From assembly GCA_964187785.1 (NCBI GenBank), contig OZ076409.1, positions 5,768,001 to 5,832,000 of the forward strand: 64,000 nucleotides of DNA, read 5' to 3'. The first letter of the stretch is position 1. The number at the start of each line of letters is the position of its first letter. The position numbers and the translations under genes were made by a program. The stretch is from Amphiscolops sp. MND2022 (taxonomy: Eukaryota). The notes beneath the pieces were generated by a model. The model made no database searches. It was not told the origin of the DNA and saw only the letters and a list, made by a program, of their open reading frames with translations. Below are positions 36,173 to 48,905 of the stretch, piece by piece.

Positions 36173-37756
36173 CTAATCCTCAGGACGTGTCCTTTTGGGT
36201 CGTAAATGTGCTCCAGCCCCTTTCCAGCATCTTTCAACAGGGTGATTTTTCTTTCCGCAAGTAGGGCATTCTGGGTATGTAGGACGTTGGGGCTTTTTGC
36301 CATTTTTGTCCTCCAGTTCTTTCTTCTTCTTCAATTTAGAGCAGCTCTTATAGAAGTGGCCTGTGGCTTTACAATAAGAGCATTGTGCGTCCTTTTTAGT
36401 ATTTATGCCATTAGAGAGCAAATTGTTGTTACTGGTGGACGCAGAGGCCATTGTAGCGATTGGTAAATCGTCTGACTCTTCTAATGCGTTGAGTTCAAGC
36501 TCTCTTTCAAGATGAGCGACGATTTCTTCATATGTCCCGTTCTCCAGGCGGGCCATATTGACAGATCGTTTCAATTTTGGAGGCAGTTTTGCGTATAATA
36601 AGCTGTCAATCATGCTTTTTGCATTTTCGCCGAAAGCTTTTTCTGCCCCCTGGTTCAGTTCTTCCAAGAAATCCGGCAATTTCATGGTATTCGGATCGAA
36701 AGTCAGCCGATGCCATTTGTGTTTTGCCGTTGCTTGGGATTCCGGTTTGACGTATTTCCTCCGGAATATGATTAGCACATCCTCGAGTGTTTGGCGGTTA
36801 ATTGAGTTTATGTTCCTGAAGGTCTGCAGGGCCCCTTTTCTGAGCAATGAGTGAAAATGGTTTATTTTCATTTGCTCTGTCATGGCCGGTTGCATTTTGA
36901 TCATTGTGTGGAACAAATCTTCAAAGAGTTCGAATTTCTCACTCTTTCCGTCAAACGTCATAGGTGTCGTTTGGACAGGTCGGATAGTCATCGTTTGGGG
37001 TTTATTTTGCAAATTGACTAGTACATCAGCCAATCTATTGAGCGGGTCCTGAGGCTGCTCTGTGACCTCTGGTTCTGGCGCTGGCAGAGTGGTGTCCAAA
37101 GAGACATTGTGGTTAGACTGCTGTCTCTCTAGGTTCGGGATTGAGTGGATTCGTCCAGTGAGAAATTCAGGTATAGGCTGTTGGGCTTCGTTAGCTCCTG
37201 TCACCATGTAAGAGCCACGTCCCGTGGTGTCTCTCAAATCACCAACGGACCGCGAGTCCTTTTTCAATAATTTTGTTTTCAAGCCGGATGAATTTTCCCT
37301 ATTTTCCTGACTGCTAGGGGACATGCTAGCCTCAGTGTCCCTGTTCCCAGAGGAAGACATTGAACTCACAATATTTTGAATCTCTGGTAGCACCTTTTCT
37401 GATATGGCAATACTGATTGCCCTATTTATTTGGCTATGTACCATAGCCATCATGGAATCCATTTCTTGAGACAGTCTAAGATTAAATTCATTTGAGAAAG
37501 TTTCAAAAGACTGCCTAACATCGTTCTGCCTGTATTCACTATTCTCATGGGAGAAGTTTCTATATTCATCCCTTTGGTACAGATTAGCCTCACTGTCACT
37601 ACGAACTGAAGATTGTTCAATTACTTCAGTTAACTCTCTCTCTATAGGATTTTCACTCCCGTTACCTAACATTACGTCCAAGTTGTCCATATCGGACATC
37701 ATGTCCATTTCTCTAGACTTTCTAGTTTTCGCCTTTTGACGTCTCGTAGAAGGCAT
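36173..37756 (-). CDS. gag: Gag of element B (likely start MPSTRRQK inside the 5' LTR)
   Basis: MTFDGKSEKFELFEDLF capsid-like region; two CCHC knuckles CSYCKATGHFYKSC and CPTCGKKNHPVERC. Confidence 0.9.
   Translation of the reverse strand: MPSTRRQKAKTRKSREMDMMSDMDNLDVMLGNGSENPIERELTEVIEQSSVRSDSEANLYQRDEYRNFSHENSEYRQNDVRQSFETFSNEFNLRLSQEMDSMMAMVHSQINRAISIAISEKVLPEIQNIVSSMSSSGNRDTEASMSPSSQENRENSSGLKTKLLKKDSRSVGDLRDTTGRGSYMVTGANEAQQPIPEFLTGRIHSIPNLERQQSNHNVSLDTTLPAPEPEVTEQPQDPLNRLADVLVNLQNKPQTMTIRPVQTTPMTFDGKSEKFELFEDLFHTMIKMQPAMTEQMKINHFHSLLRKGALQTFRNINSINRQTLEDVLIIFRRKYVKPESQATAKHKWHRLTFDPNTMKLPDFLEELNQGAEKAFGENAKSMIDSLLYAKLPPKLKRSVNMARLENGTYEEIVAHLERELELNALEESDDLPIATMASASTSNNNLLSNGINTKKDAQCSYCKATGHFYKSCSKLKKKKELEDKNGKKPQRPTYPECPTCGKKNHPVERCWKGAGAHLRPKRTRPED
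37189..37206 (-). promoter_or_regulatory. Primer-binding site of element B (inside gag coding sequence)
   Basis: TGGTGACAGGAGC directly after the LTR-terminal CA. Confidence 0.75.
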
Positions 37757-38951
37757 GAGAGATTGTTGCAAGAGGAAAGAATTTAAATTGAGATCTTTAA
37801 GCTTGCAAATAATATTGTATTCGGTATTATAACAGCGAACTTGACTGTGACTATTCGTGTGAAGATTATGTCCCCAGGACCAGGGGGCCCAGTTATTTAT
37901 AATCAACTAAACATGACATGCATAAAAGTGGTAGTCATCAGTCTAATTTTAGCAACAGGTATTCTAAAAATAGACACAACATACAACGTGTCTTTACAAG
38001 TATATTATCGTAATACTAAAAATAGCAACAGGTATGACGTAATTGATTTACGTGCTTCTACATATATGAAGTAGTTACGTTTAAAGATGTACATGTGCCC
38101 CTTCAGGCCATCCAATTAAGTTTCAGTAGCAACATTTCATGTAAAACAATACATACTAAATTATATGAAATAAATACATGCAAAGATGGTGTGTGAACAT
38201 TGAGCTGTCCTTTATGGCCTTTTAAGATACAAACAGCTCGTTTTGACTTTCTATCCAGAAAGTTCTGGAAAATAAGAGAACACAAAAGAGGGGGGGGGAA
38301 AGGACTAATGGTCCTTTTGTAGACAAGGTGACAGATCTCCAATCAGAGTAAATATACCGCTTCTGAGATAGTACATTATCAATTTCAATATACGCACTTC
38401 TTTTATTCTACTTTGGACTCAGTGTCCACGCGTCCCTATTTAGTACAAGAGTAGCGTCGTTGTGGTGGCGAGTGGCCCTTGAGTCCTTTAATTTAGAATA
38501 CAGCACAAGAGCGAGCAAATGAACAATGCACTGTGATTGGTTGAGAAATTGGACGGACAGCGCGTCTAGCGAGACAGGAAAGGAAACATTTGAACTCGTT
38601 TCCTTTACCTGTACGCCTTGGTGTCCAATTTCTCAGCCGTGGTATATATCTATCACTGTTATACATGTATTAATACACTATATTCAATTTTCAACTACAT
38701 ACTTTACATGGCTAATTCCGGATAATTATTCCAAAGCGTTTCAAATTTCATTAATATAAAAGCCCCGAATAAAATGATATACTTACATAAACATATGCGA
38801 AATCAATCACAATAAGATAAGTTTATAGTTTGTCTTCTTAGACTTTTGGACTAATAGTCCATTCCTCAGTTCATCGGGAGGGTACCAGGGAGAGTATTGT
38901 AGTTGTAGCCGACTGAGTACCAATTGCCATCGCAGGCGGCAGCCCGTGACA
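37207..38951 (-). repeat. 5' LTR of element B (1745 bp)
   Basis: Direct repeat of 23085-24827. Confidence 0.97.
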
Positions 38952-39554
38952 GACCCTTTGGAGACAAAAAAATTCGAATTTTTCTAATTTTCGAAAAAAA
39001 AACGAAAAATGAGAATTTTGAAACACTCATGGGTGCCGAAAAAATAGAAAGGGGAGACCCTTTGGGCTTTTTGAAACTTCAGTTTGCTGCAAAAAAAATC
39101 AAAAAACTTGAAGGGGGACCCTTTGGCGACAAAAAAAAATCGAAAAAAAAGTCGCACAGTGTCGAAAAAAAATTCGAAGAGGGGACCCTTAGGTCCCGTC
39201 CGGTTTTGTATCTTCCGTTAAAAATTTAGTAACTTAGATGCGTTCCCGCTTGCCGGTCCAGTAGTTTAGTAGTTCTGTAGAAAAAGTGTCCACTACGCAT
39301 ATAGTCTGTTGTCTGACGGAAAAAACTTGCCACTGTAATAGTCGGGCTCATTTTGTTAAAAAGCGCCGACTAAAAAGTAGCGAGGTCAAAACCCTGCCCA
39401 AGATTATTACGTCAGAAGGTAGGTAGGTAGTAAAGAAGTGGACCTTTCCGAATGGAAAAATGATCATTTTACACAAGAAAGTTGCTGTAAGAGTCCGGTA
39501 CATTTTTTTTTCGAAAAGCGTTGACCAAAACAGAAATAGAAAGAGAAGACTCAC

Positions 39555-39657
39555 TGGTTGGGGGTATTAGATTCTGTAGCGGTCTAAACGGAGACCCTTT
39601 GGGAGCTGGCTTCGCTTTGAACTTCTGCTGTGACGTAACACTGTTCTCAACGTCATT
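39555..39657 (-). CDS. TPX2: TPX2 exon
   Basis: ttcag / gtgagt; phase 0 in, 1 out; QKFKAKPAPKGSPFRP. Confidence 0.85.
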
Positions 39658-40673
39658 CTGAAACACATTTACAAACAAACTGCGCCCAATATCAGAACAT
39701 GTGCCATGACGAAGATAAAGGGCCCGATCAGGACTGGGGAAAACGTGTTTCGGTTGATCCGAATGAAACCAACAGCGTGTTTTTTTGTCAAAAAATGTTT
39801 GTTTTTTATTGTTTTTTTCTCCTTTTTCTTGCAAAAGTAAGGTTGAAAGCTTAATTACAATGCACAGAGAGAGTACAAGTTATTCAGCGTTCAACTGTCT
39901 GAGCAAAAATGCGAGCAGAAGAGTTTTCTATGTAACTCATGCCTTGTCGGAACTTTTCAGGTGTAAGATTTTTTCTTTGGTGCGAGGCACAGCTACCTGA
40001 AAAAAAATATTTTTCGTTATTTAAAACAGTTTAAAACAAACGTGCCAGCGTTGGGACCGATAATAATAAGTTTGCAATGTGGTTAAACAATAATTCGATA
40101 AATCCATTCATCAAATGAAAGAACTTCATTCATATGATGATTCTCCTAATTTGTACGACTTCGTAACAATTATTTAAAAAATTATGAAACTTCGTCGACC
40201 AATGTGACTAGAAAAACCAACGATTGCTGCAAAAACGGGGCCTAAAGAATCCGCCATTCGAGTGAAAGAAATGCTTCTTTCAAACGGATCGAGATTATTT
40301 TGAAATGAGTTACGAAGACCTAGACAGAGTAGGAGAAATATGCGAAAAATGAGTTGAAAGTTAAATAATTGGTTCGAATTTGTTTTTTTCTGGACAACTT
40401 TCATTTTGCAATGGAAGTCAAAGCAGTAGGGTTTTCACAACATCAACGTAAATTAGTTTCTACATGCACCTTCAATTTTTTGATGTTTTGCAACAGAATG
40501 GATGTTGAAAAATCCCAAAGGGTCCCGCCTTTCAGTTTTTTCGGCACTGTGAGACGTTTTTCTGGATTTTTTTCACCAAATTTTTTTCACCTTTCAATTT
40601 TTTGATGTTTCGCGACAATGGAAGTTAAAAAATGCGCGCCAGTTCCGTCGTTTGGGTTTTTCGTGAGTTTGCC

Positions 40674-40866
40674 AACCGGCCGAATTCGGCGCCGTATCTA
40701 AAGCTCAGAAATGACAAAATGACATGAAAGTGTCAAAACTCAAAGTATCAACCTCACAAAAAAGTATCAGTGATACTTTTTTGTGAGGTTGATACTTTGA
40801 GTTTTGACACTTTCATGTCATTTTGTTATTTCTGAGCTTTAGATACGGCGCCGAATTCGGCCGGTT
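40674..40866. repeat. 193-bp near-perfect palindrome (96-bp arms, 1-nt spacer)
   Basis: Centre aagtatca-g-tgatactt at 40770; one mismatch seen. Confidence 0.95.
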
Positions 40867-42182
40867 CCGGCTTGTTACATTTCCAGTTAAATAAAAATAT
40901 GATTTAAGACGGTAAACGATAAAAAACTTTCAATGAAGAAAAACACTGACACCTTAACTACGCAACGCTTTTCCATACCCGTTGCGAACGAACCCTGATG
41001 TAAGGGATTGAAAGAAAATTATATTATTTGGATGATACAAATAGATGCACAAAAGTACATATGACCTTAAACTTTCACCACCCAAAATAGGCCCCTCCGG
41101 GGCTCAGTACTATTTCTGCTTTAATCTTTCATTAATAACAGAAACATATCTGGAATACCAATACACTCTTGTTTGATCATTATTTAGCGCACAATTAATC
41201 ACTGTACAAGTTTACACCGCCTTTAATTTTTCTCGGACAAAAGCAAATATAACTACTAAGCGTAGACAAAGTTTCGCATTCGCATTTGAATGCAGGCGAA
41301 GCTCTCAACGAACGAAAATTTAACACTCATTCGCTTCATCTCAATAACTCGGGGCAACGAAAGCACAATTACGGACATTCGCTCGCTTCATCTCAATGAC
41401 GTCAGCATACCACTCAGCATACCACAATGACGTCAGAATGGATAATTACCACTCGCTCGTTCCATCGCACTAGAATTGAATTGTCGTCGGCAGCTTGAGA
41501 AATTTAATTCCCACGCTTACAGTCACTGCCGAACAAAATATCTGAATTATTCAGTATCGTACGAAAAATTGTACTGAAAAAAGTAGACAGTTTGAGGTTA
41601 CAATAATATTCCTGCTAAAGCAGAATTAATAAAAAGGACGAAGTAGGAGCTTAATTGCTCTTCGAGAATTGAGAGAAATCCCTCGGAATTGTAACTTACC
41701 TCTGGCAGTGTTGTGAATTTTTATTTTTAAGAAGAATTTTTAAAGGAAAAGTTTTTTGTTTATAAAGGATCATTTAAATTAATGCATAGTATTCAATACA
41801 AATGAAGACAGTATTTCAGATCAAAATTGCAATTCGCATTAAAAATTCGCAAAAACCAGGTACATAAACATTGGAGTCTAAACTTAATGTTATTCATGGC
41901 CAATGGATTTTCCCGTAAAGTATTGAGCCCTTGAAAATGCCCTGTGGTGTTTATGATTAAATACAGTAACTGGAAAATCCCAGAGTTAACACAGATGGTA
42001 AACCTTCCACGCTCCCATCTATGGCCGAGGTTCGATTCTCTGAGAGTACAGTTTTTTAAATTTAAAATATTGCTATTCATTTAAAAGATTATTCCTTTAA
42101 ATGAATTGCTTTTAAAGGTCGGAAAATTCACATGATCATTTGAATGATGATTTATATTATCCTTTAATTGTTCAACACTTAC

Positions 42183-42446
42183 CTCTGGGTCACCGTGGTA
42201 TCTTCTGGTGGACACAGGTATGCGGGAGGCGAAACTGAATGGCTGCACTTTGGTCACCTTTTTGTGCTTCTCCACCTTGAAGGGAGAACCGAACTTGGGC
42301 GCGGGGTGGTACATCTTGGGCAGGGGAGCAGCCTTGTCTAGCTCGGCCGCTTCTGCTGCTGCCAGGCGTTGTCTGCTCGCGTGGGTGGGCCGGAACTTGG
42401 GAGTCTTGGGCTGAGTCATCGGCAAGGGGTCGTGGTGAAACACTCC
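42183..42446 (-). CDS. TPX2: TPX2 exon
   Basis: tccag / gtaagt; phase 0/0; PMTQPKTPKF..KVTKVQPFSF. Confidence 0.85.
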
Positions 42447-44450
42447 CTGGAAAAGGCACCAACCTTTAACCAGAGCCGCATCTACGGTAAAGGAGTCGGG
42501 CTTAGGTCTTTTTCCTCTGATTCGCTCGAATCCTAGTCATACAATTTTGATGAAATTCCACTTATTGGGCCCTTATATGGTGTAGAAAGACTCCACGAAA
42601 GTTCTTTCAAACCGTAAAGAGTATTTGAGAAAATCGAAAAAGTCCAAAACTGGAAGTTTTTTGGCCATTTTTGGACTAATTTTGACAATGTTTCTCACAT
42701 CCCAGTCATACGATTTTGATGCCATTGCGCACGCAATAGCTCCTTTGGGTGTAGAATGACTGTGCAGAATTTTATGGAAATAGTAAGGACAGTTTTTGAG
42801 AACTTCGAAATTTCCATTGAAAGGTGGGGAGAAAAAAAGACTTGACGATTCAAAAAACAAGCCGGGAACGTCGGCGCTATATCTAACGCTCAAAAAGCGC
42901 AATTTTTTTAAAATTGTAAAAAGGGGGACCCTTTGGGCTCTTATATTGGAAGAGGCGACCATATGGAGACATTTAAAAAATTTTGAAGAAAAACCAAAAT
43001 TGAGAATTTCGAAGTGTGTCGCCGAAAAATGTAAAAGGGGCAACCCTTTGGGTTTTTTTAACATCGATTCTGTTGCAAAATTGAAGGGAGACCCTTTGAT
43101 GCAATCCAAAATATTTCAAAAAAGTCTCAGTGTCGAAAAAAAATCCAAGTGAAAAACAAGAAAGCCAAAGGGAGTATCCTAAATAGGTTTTCGAGGTCAC
43201 GGTTCTGGACGTTGGTTTTGTTTTTTTTTGTTTTGAACGAGGTTGTGAGGTTTCGAGTATGTTTTGAACTTCCATAGTTCAAGTTATTGTTGTTGAACAA
43301 AAGAACAAGAAAGTGGACCTTACGCGTATCAAAAAAAACAACCCACTGTAAGATTCGGGCATTTTCTTCAAAAGCGCCTACTATAAACAACTTTTAGTCG
43401 GCTCTTACAGAGGAACGTTTTTTCGTCAGATCACAGACCTCACACTGATTGGTCCACTTTTACAGACGTTATGTCAAAAACGTCTTTTACACGAGTTTAG
43501 CTCGTTAAAGACGTGAATTGTTATTTTGGACAATTATATCAAAAATTAGGGTATTTTTGCTGGAAGTGTCCTTGTTCGGAATAAGTTATTCTATTTTGAC
43601 TAACATTGTTTGCCGTTGAAACATAATTCTGCCATTGTTGTAACGTTGTTCTGCCATCGTTGTAAAGCTGTTTCGATTACGTAACATCAAAAAACAATCG
43701 AAAGATGTTGCTTACACGTTTGAAACAACAAAGGCTTGGCAAGTGAGCGCAATGCCGTTAGCTAAGAACAATGAACTGAATGCTCGAACTTGCCCTTTTT
43801 GCGAATGTCATTGACCTTCAAACTTTGACAGTTCGGTTTGAACCTTTCATTTCAACTTCTCAAAAGTCTATGTCCGAATGTTATGTCACAAAGGTTTATG
43901 GTCTGAGTACACTAAAAAGGAAACTTTTCCCTGAAAACCAGGAAAGTTCGGGACGGATTAGGTTTGGCTGACTGGTACTTTCGAGCAGGAGGAAGACCTC
44001 CTGTCTAGGGTATAAGCGCGAAAAAGAGGCTCAAGTAAAGACGTTATTTTCACATAAAAAGATAGTCATTTTCCATTTTCATAACATATCAAAATGCCTC
44101 AAAAGTCTGTCATTTCACTTTATTCATTGTTGATACTATAACATTGTCAGCGAAACCTCTCGTAAATCTTTTGTATCACTCTGTAAAGTGATCAATACTG
44201 CTCAATAAACAATTTCTTTTACATTCTCTTTCGACCACCACTACTTAGCAGAACTTCGCCATCAATCAGGGCTCCTGGCAAGACACCCAGGAATAGTCCT
44301 CTATAAGTATTCACAACCATATTTAATTCTCTCATTAGTGAAGTATTTTTCTTCAAGAATAAAATGTTCTTTCGCGTTGGGGGATCCACGAAACAAGGTG
44401 TACCTGGGGAGGGGAATGAATTAAGAAACATGGTGGCAAAGTTGACTTAC

Positions 44451-44673
44451 AATTCTACCGAGTTCTGCATAATCAGGAATGGGTTGTGCCTTGAAACTGC
44501 CTGCCCCGTCTGACTCAGTGGCACTGCTGCCCCATTGATCTTTGTGCTGCTGGGCCCTGGAAGCAGTTTCCAGACGAGGCACCTCGAAGTCTTCCGTGTG
44601 CTGGTGCGCCAGTTTCAGTGCCTTGGGCGGCTCCAACACTTTCTTCTCCAGTTTGGTCGCTCTGAATTGCAGT
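44451..44673 (-). CDS. TPX2: TPX2 exon
   Basis: tccag / gtaagt; phase 2 in, 0 out; QFRATKLEKKVLE..FKAQPIP. Confidence 0.85.
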
Positions 44674-45801
44674 CTGGAAAACGCAATGTGCCAATATAGT
44701 TATTGCAACTAACCGAGACGAGACACTTTGAGACAAACGTCTTTTTACGTTTTAAATGAACGTTTTTAGTCGGCGCATTTTAGAAAATGTGCCCGACTCT
44801 TACAGTGGGTAGTTTTTTTAGACACGAAAGTTCCACTTTTTTGTTCAGTCCATTTGTTCAACAACTTGGGGGAGGTTCAAAACACTCGAAATCTCAAAAC
44901 CTTGTGCAAAACAAAAAAAAAAAGAAACAAACGGACATCCTGGAAAACATAATAAGAGTCCAAAGTTAGACATTTCCAATTTTTTTTCGGCACTATGAGA
45001 CATTTTTTCGAATTTTTTGTTACTGGAAAAATTTTCAATGTCCAGAGGGATCCCCTTTTCATACTTTGGAACAAACTGGAGTTTCTAAAAGCCCAAAAGG
45101 TCCACCTTCTTACAATTTTAAAAACTTCGCGCTTTTTGAGTCTTAGATATAGCGCCGACTTTGGGCGTTCCCGGCTTGTTTCTAATTTACAAGGCATTAG
45201 CCTTTAACATGTATTTATAGGACCCGTTGAATTAACTGAGACAGTGTGGATTTACGTTTTTAGGTAGAAAATTCAAATACACGCTCCCATTTGTCTAAGC
45301 ACGCTATATCCTAACTTTTGACGCTATATCCGAAGTAAATCGCTTTCTAGTAAGGAGGAATTCCTAGTAAGGAGAAAGCTGAGGATCGAAATTATTGCGC
45401 TATACTCGAATTTTGACACTATATCCGAAATAAATTGCGCTTTACAAAGGAGGAGACCGAGGTTCCGAAAAAGCGCTCCCATTTGTCTCAGCAGGCTATA
45501 TCCGAACTTTTAAAGCGTTTTGGGTGTTTCGACACTTTTTTGTGAGTTTTTCATTGTAAAAAGTCGTGAACACATTTCCCAGGAAAAACGCGGGAATGAA
45601 AAAAAATTGGGTAAATGAATTAATCTGAAACATGTGTAGAGTTAACTTTAAAAGCGTCACTTTGAACTACATGGACTTTGTACGGATGCAAATGGAAAGT
45701 CATCAATTTGGCTATTTCATTCGTGAGGCACTGTGTTGATCGAAAACATCACAATCAAGAAAATCGGTATAAAATCTAAAACATATCACCACCAGAGCAA
45801 C

Positions 45802-46184
45802 CACGGTGGGCATGTTAAAAACACGCATGCTTTTAACATATGTTTTTAACGTTAATTAACATTAGTTTTTAACATATTTTTAACGCAATCCAACAATTAG
45901 TTAATTTTTCAAGTAGAAATGAGTGGTGGTCGACCCCGCGACAATTTTTTAAGGAAAGACAAGACCTAGGGGCAAACAAAGCAGAATGTATTACGTGCAA
46001 GAAAGTGATGGTTGGAAACGCCAAACTAAAAATGCGAATAAATTGTTCAAAAGTACTTTTTAAGTTTCAGCAGTTTTCATTTTTAGTTTTGCTTAATGTT
46101 TGATTTCAATTTTGATTGTTAAAATTTGTTTTTAACGTTTTTAACTGTTAAAAACCTGGGAGAGGTGTTAAAAAGCCCACCCTG
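45802..46184. mobile_element. hAT-type MITE (383 bp)
   Basis: TIR CA(C/G)GGTGGGC, 8-bp TSD AGAGCAAC (45794-45801, 46185-46192), internal ttttaac/gttaaaa repeats. Confidence 0.85.
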
Positions 46185-46258
46185 AGAGCAACCAAAATGC
46201 ATTCCTTAAATAAAATACATGAAAGACAGCAACCACAATAGAATTGCAGACTGACTAC

Positions 46259-46430
46259 CTTTTCATTTCATCGACAAGTTTGTTCTCCCTCGTGTTGGGA
46301 GTGTCAAAATGCATGGGCCGAGACCTCGCCTTGGACCTGAGAAGGGGCGTCTTGGCGACGGTGGTCTTGCGAAAGTGGTACTGGTATTTCACTCTGGGCG
46401 CAGACACTCTCCGGTTGCTAGATGAGGCGG
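46259..46430 (-). CDS. TPX2: TPX2 exon
   Basis: tttag / gtagtc; phase 1 in, 2 out; TTVAKTPLLRSKARSRP. Confidence 0.8.
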
Positions 46431-48338
46431 CTAAACAGACCACCAGTGAATTGATTCGTGTACTGAAAATCGTGTATCGTCTTTTTCGTATATTTAACTA
46501 TGGGTTTAACTATAAGCATATGTATCGTGTACAACAAATCTTCGTGTAAAAAAATCAAGTTTTTTGAAATTCATTCTTAAAACGCATTTCAACAATCTGT
46601 GGTCCGGGTTATCTCCCAACCTCTTCTGGCCGCGTGGGGAGGGTCCCACGGACGGCCCCCTTAATCAAATTATCATTTAAAGATTTGATCACGTTTGAGC
46701 GATCCCGAAATTGAACCGTCAGAATTTTCGAAACATTTGCATGCAGCAGCAGTTAGCGATTGTAAGAACTTTTCACTACTGGCGTTTTCCGGGAAAATTC
46801 AAAAAGTTGGATTTTTTAAGGGTTTTTTGGGCGTTTTTCGAAAACGTTTTTCAAGAGCCTATATCTCGCTCCCAGGTGCCCGTACCGGTCCGCACATGGA
46901 CGTCGATATTGCTTGGCAAAGTTTCGTCCAAATCTGATTGAAATTGACTGAGTAATAGCCGAAATTCCGACACAATTTTTTGAAACTTTTTATAATCCCT
47001 GTCTATCTCTGCCCTTTTTGCCCAGATTTTTTTTCCAGGTCCCCTACTAAAGACCTTCTCCCAGCAAACCCACTTGACCCATTTAACGCAGTTTCAGCGT
47101 TCCAGCATTCCCCGGGTAAAAGACAAATGACTTGAAATTTAAAAGATTTAAATTTTTTCAACTTCAGGCCTCCCAGAGTCAAGAACCTTTCACATAACTA
47201 GGATTGGAAGTGGATGCATGTGGAAAGTACTCGAATAAACGAGAAAAAAGCGCCATAGAACGCCTCTCTTAACCTGACGTTGACTTACGACATTTTGAGT
47301 GTGTACTTCATAAGGGGTAAAAATATCAAAAATTGGAAATGGAAGCTAAATCTCATAAAATTAATATGATGCAACATTCATTGAAGCTTACTTCTCATTT
47401 CCCCACATTTGTCAAATTTTATAATTATGTAATAACATAAAAGTAAATTTTGTCATTAATGTTGCAAATTACAACTCTTAAATTTCTATACACACTTGAT
47501 TGGAAATTGTGATGATTTTGGGTTGACCATGCGCCCGGGTAGGCCTGGCACTCTTTTCGGCACCGCGTATCCTGAAGCCGCTGTGATAGGTAAGGTGGTT
47601 TGATAAGGTTTTTGGTTAGGTAATTCTTTGTTTAACTTAGGTTTTTGCGTAATGTTCCAGGATGTTTTTGTGTTTTTCAATGGTCATCTGAGAACATGTT
47701 TTTTTATTCCAACGCTTGTTATGAAAATTATTTAGTCATTAAAGGCCTGTAGATTCACTTTGTATCAACCACTTACTACTTTTGTAATTTCAGGTGACTT
47801 TCATCATTATCATCAGGTAAGATAATACATGATTCATTCAATTAAATAAGTTGTGTATTTGACTGGATAATTGACTACTGTTTATAATGAGGTTTCTGGT
47901 AAACTCAATAAAGGCGCTATGCGTCTACTTCGGTATTAAGTATTTCATAGGTTCAATTAGATTTCACCTTGGATGTTGGTTATAAAGCTTATGACTTGAC
48001 TCAATAGTGGTGCAAGGCGTCTACTGTAGAATTTGGTTTTTCGTTGGTATCGCTTGCTTTCATATTGGAGTTCATTGACAATATCGCTTGACGTTTGCTA
48101 CGTTCGTTGCGGTTTCTCCAGAATAGCTCGTTGTTTTTTGGTTTGATTTTTTTGCGTTTAGATGATTTCAACGTATCGAAACAATGTATTTTTGTTGCGA
48201 TTGCAGATTTTTTATACGTTCGTGGTCTATTTTCTGGATCTTCATCAATTGCGGCTTCGATCACATCATTCATGATGCCTCTTGGCAATAATATTTGGTG
48301 GTGTCTCCCTCTTAGGTATTTTTTTTCCAGATTGAACA

Positions 48339-48905
48339 ATGTTTCACTTCTACAACAGAGAATTCAAGTTCAAATGTCTTATTCAAACAACAAATTCAGA
48401 CCGTACCCTCATTGTCGGTTATTCTCTTCTAAGAACCTTTTATATGCATCAAGTCGATAAAATAAGCATTTCCGGTGCCCGAAGTGACGATTTGGATGCG
48501 TTTGTTCATGGTTTCAGATTTGCCACGATCATTTGCCATTGTAATAAAATTATATTATTCCTTGGTGGAAACAGCGTCAACTATTTCCTCAAAAATAATG
48601 TAGTGCGTCAAGCTGAAACGCCTGGTGAAAACTTATTTATTTGGAATCATATTGTGCATCGTATTAAGTTCGTGAATCCTGCTTGCAAAGTTGCAATTGT
48701 CGGTGTTCCAATAAAGACGAATGGTACAGCTGATCGACTGAAAAATTAAATTACATTATTAGCACAGTCCCAGCAGATTGTCGCTATTTCGGAGTAGAAA
48801 TTAAAACGTCTGCAGTTACTCTGGTTGATGACGATGAAGTGATTTGAGTGAAATCGGCATTTCGTACTTCAAGAGTATTATAGAGAATAAAGTCTTGCCT
48901 TGGTA
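48339..48905 (+). pseudogene. SGNH/GDSL hydrolase-like ORF, degenerate, upstream of the Helitron-like Rep
   Basis: TLIVGYSLLR (block I-like, D lost), SISGAR, IILFLGGNSV, KVAIVGVP. Confidence 0.6.

Larger units (their letters stand above)
23085..38951 (-). mobile_element. Full-length Ty3/Gypsy LTR retrotransposon B with accessory genes, in the last TPX2 intron
   Basis: TG..CA termini, 5-bp TSD GACCC (23080-23084, 38952-38956), ~99% identical 1.74-kb LTRs, PBS, PPT, gag, pol in PR-RT-RH-IN order; splits a copy of the interspersed repeat. Confidence 0.98.

Noticed and set aside
41693..41710. Strong minus-strand donor CAGAG|GTAAGT as an extra TPX2 exon
   Set aside because: No suitable in-frame acceptor nearby, and the flanking exons already join in phase
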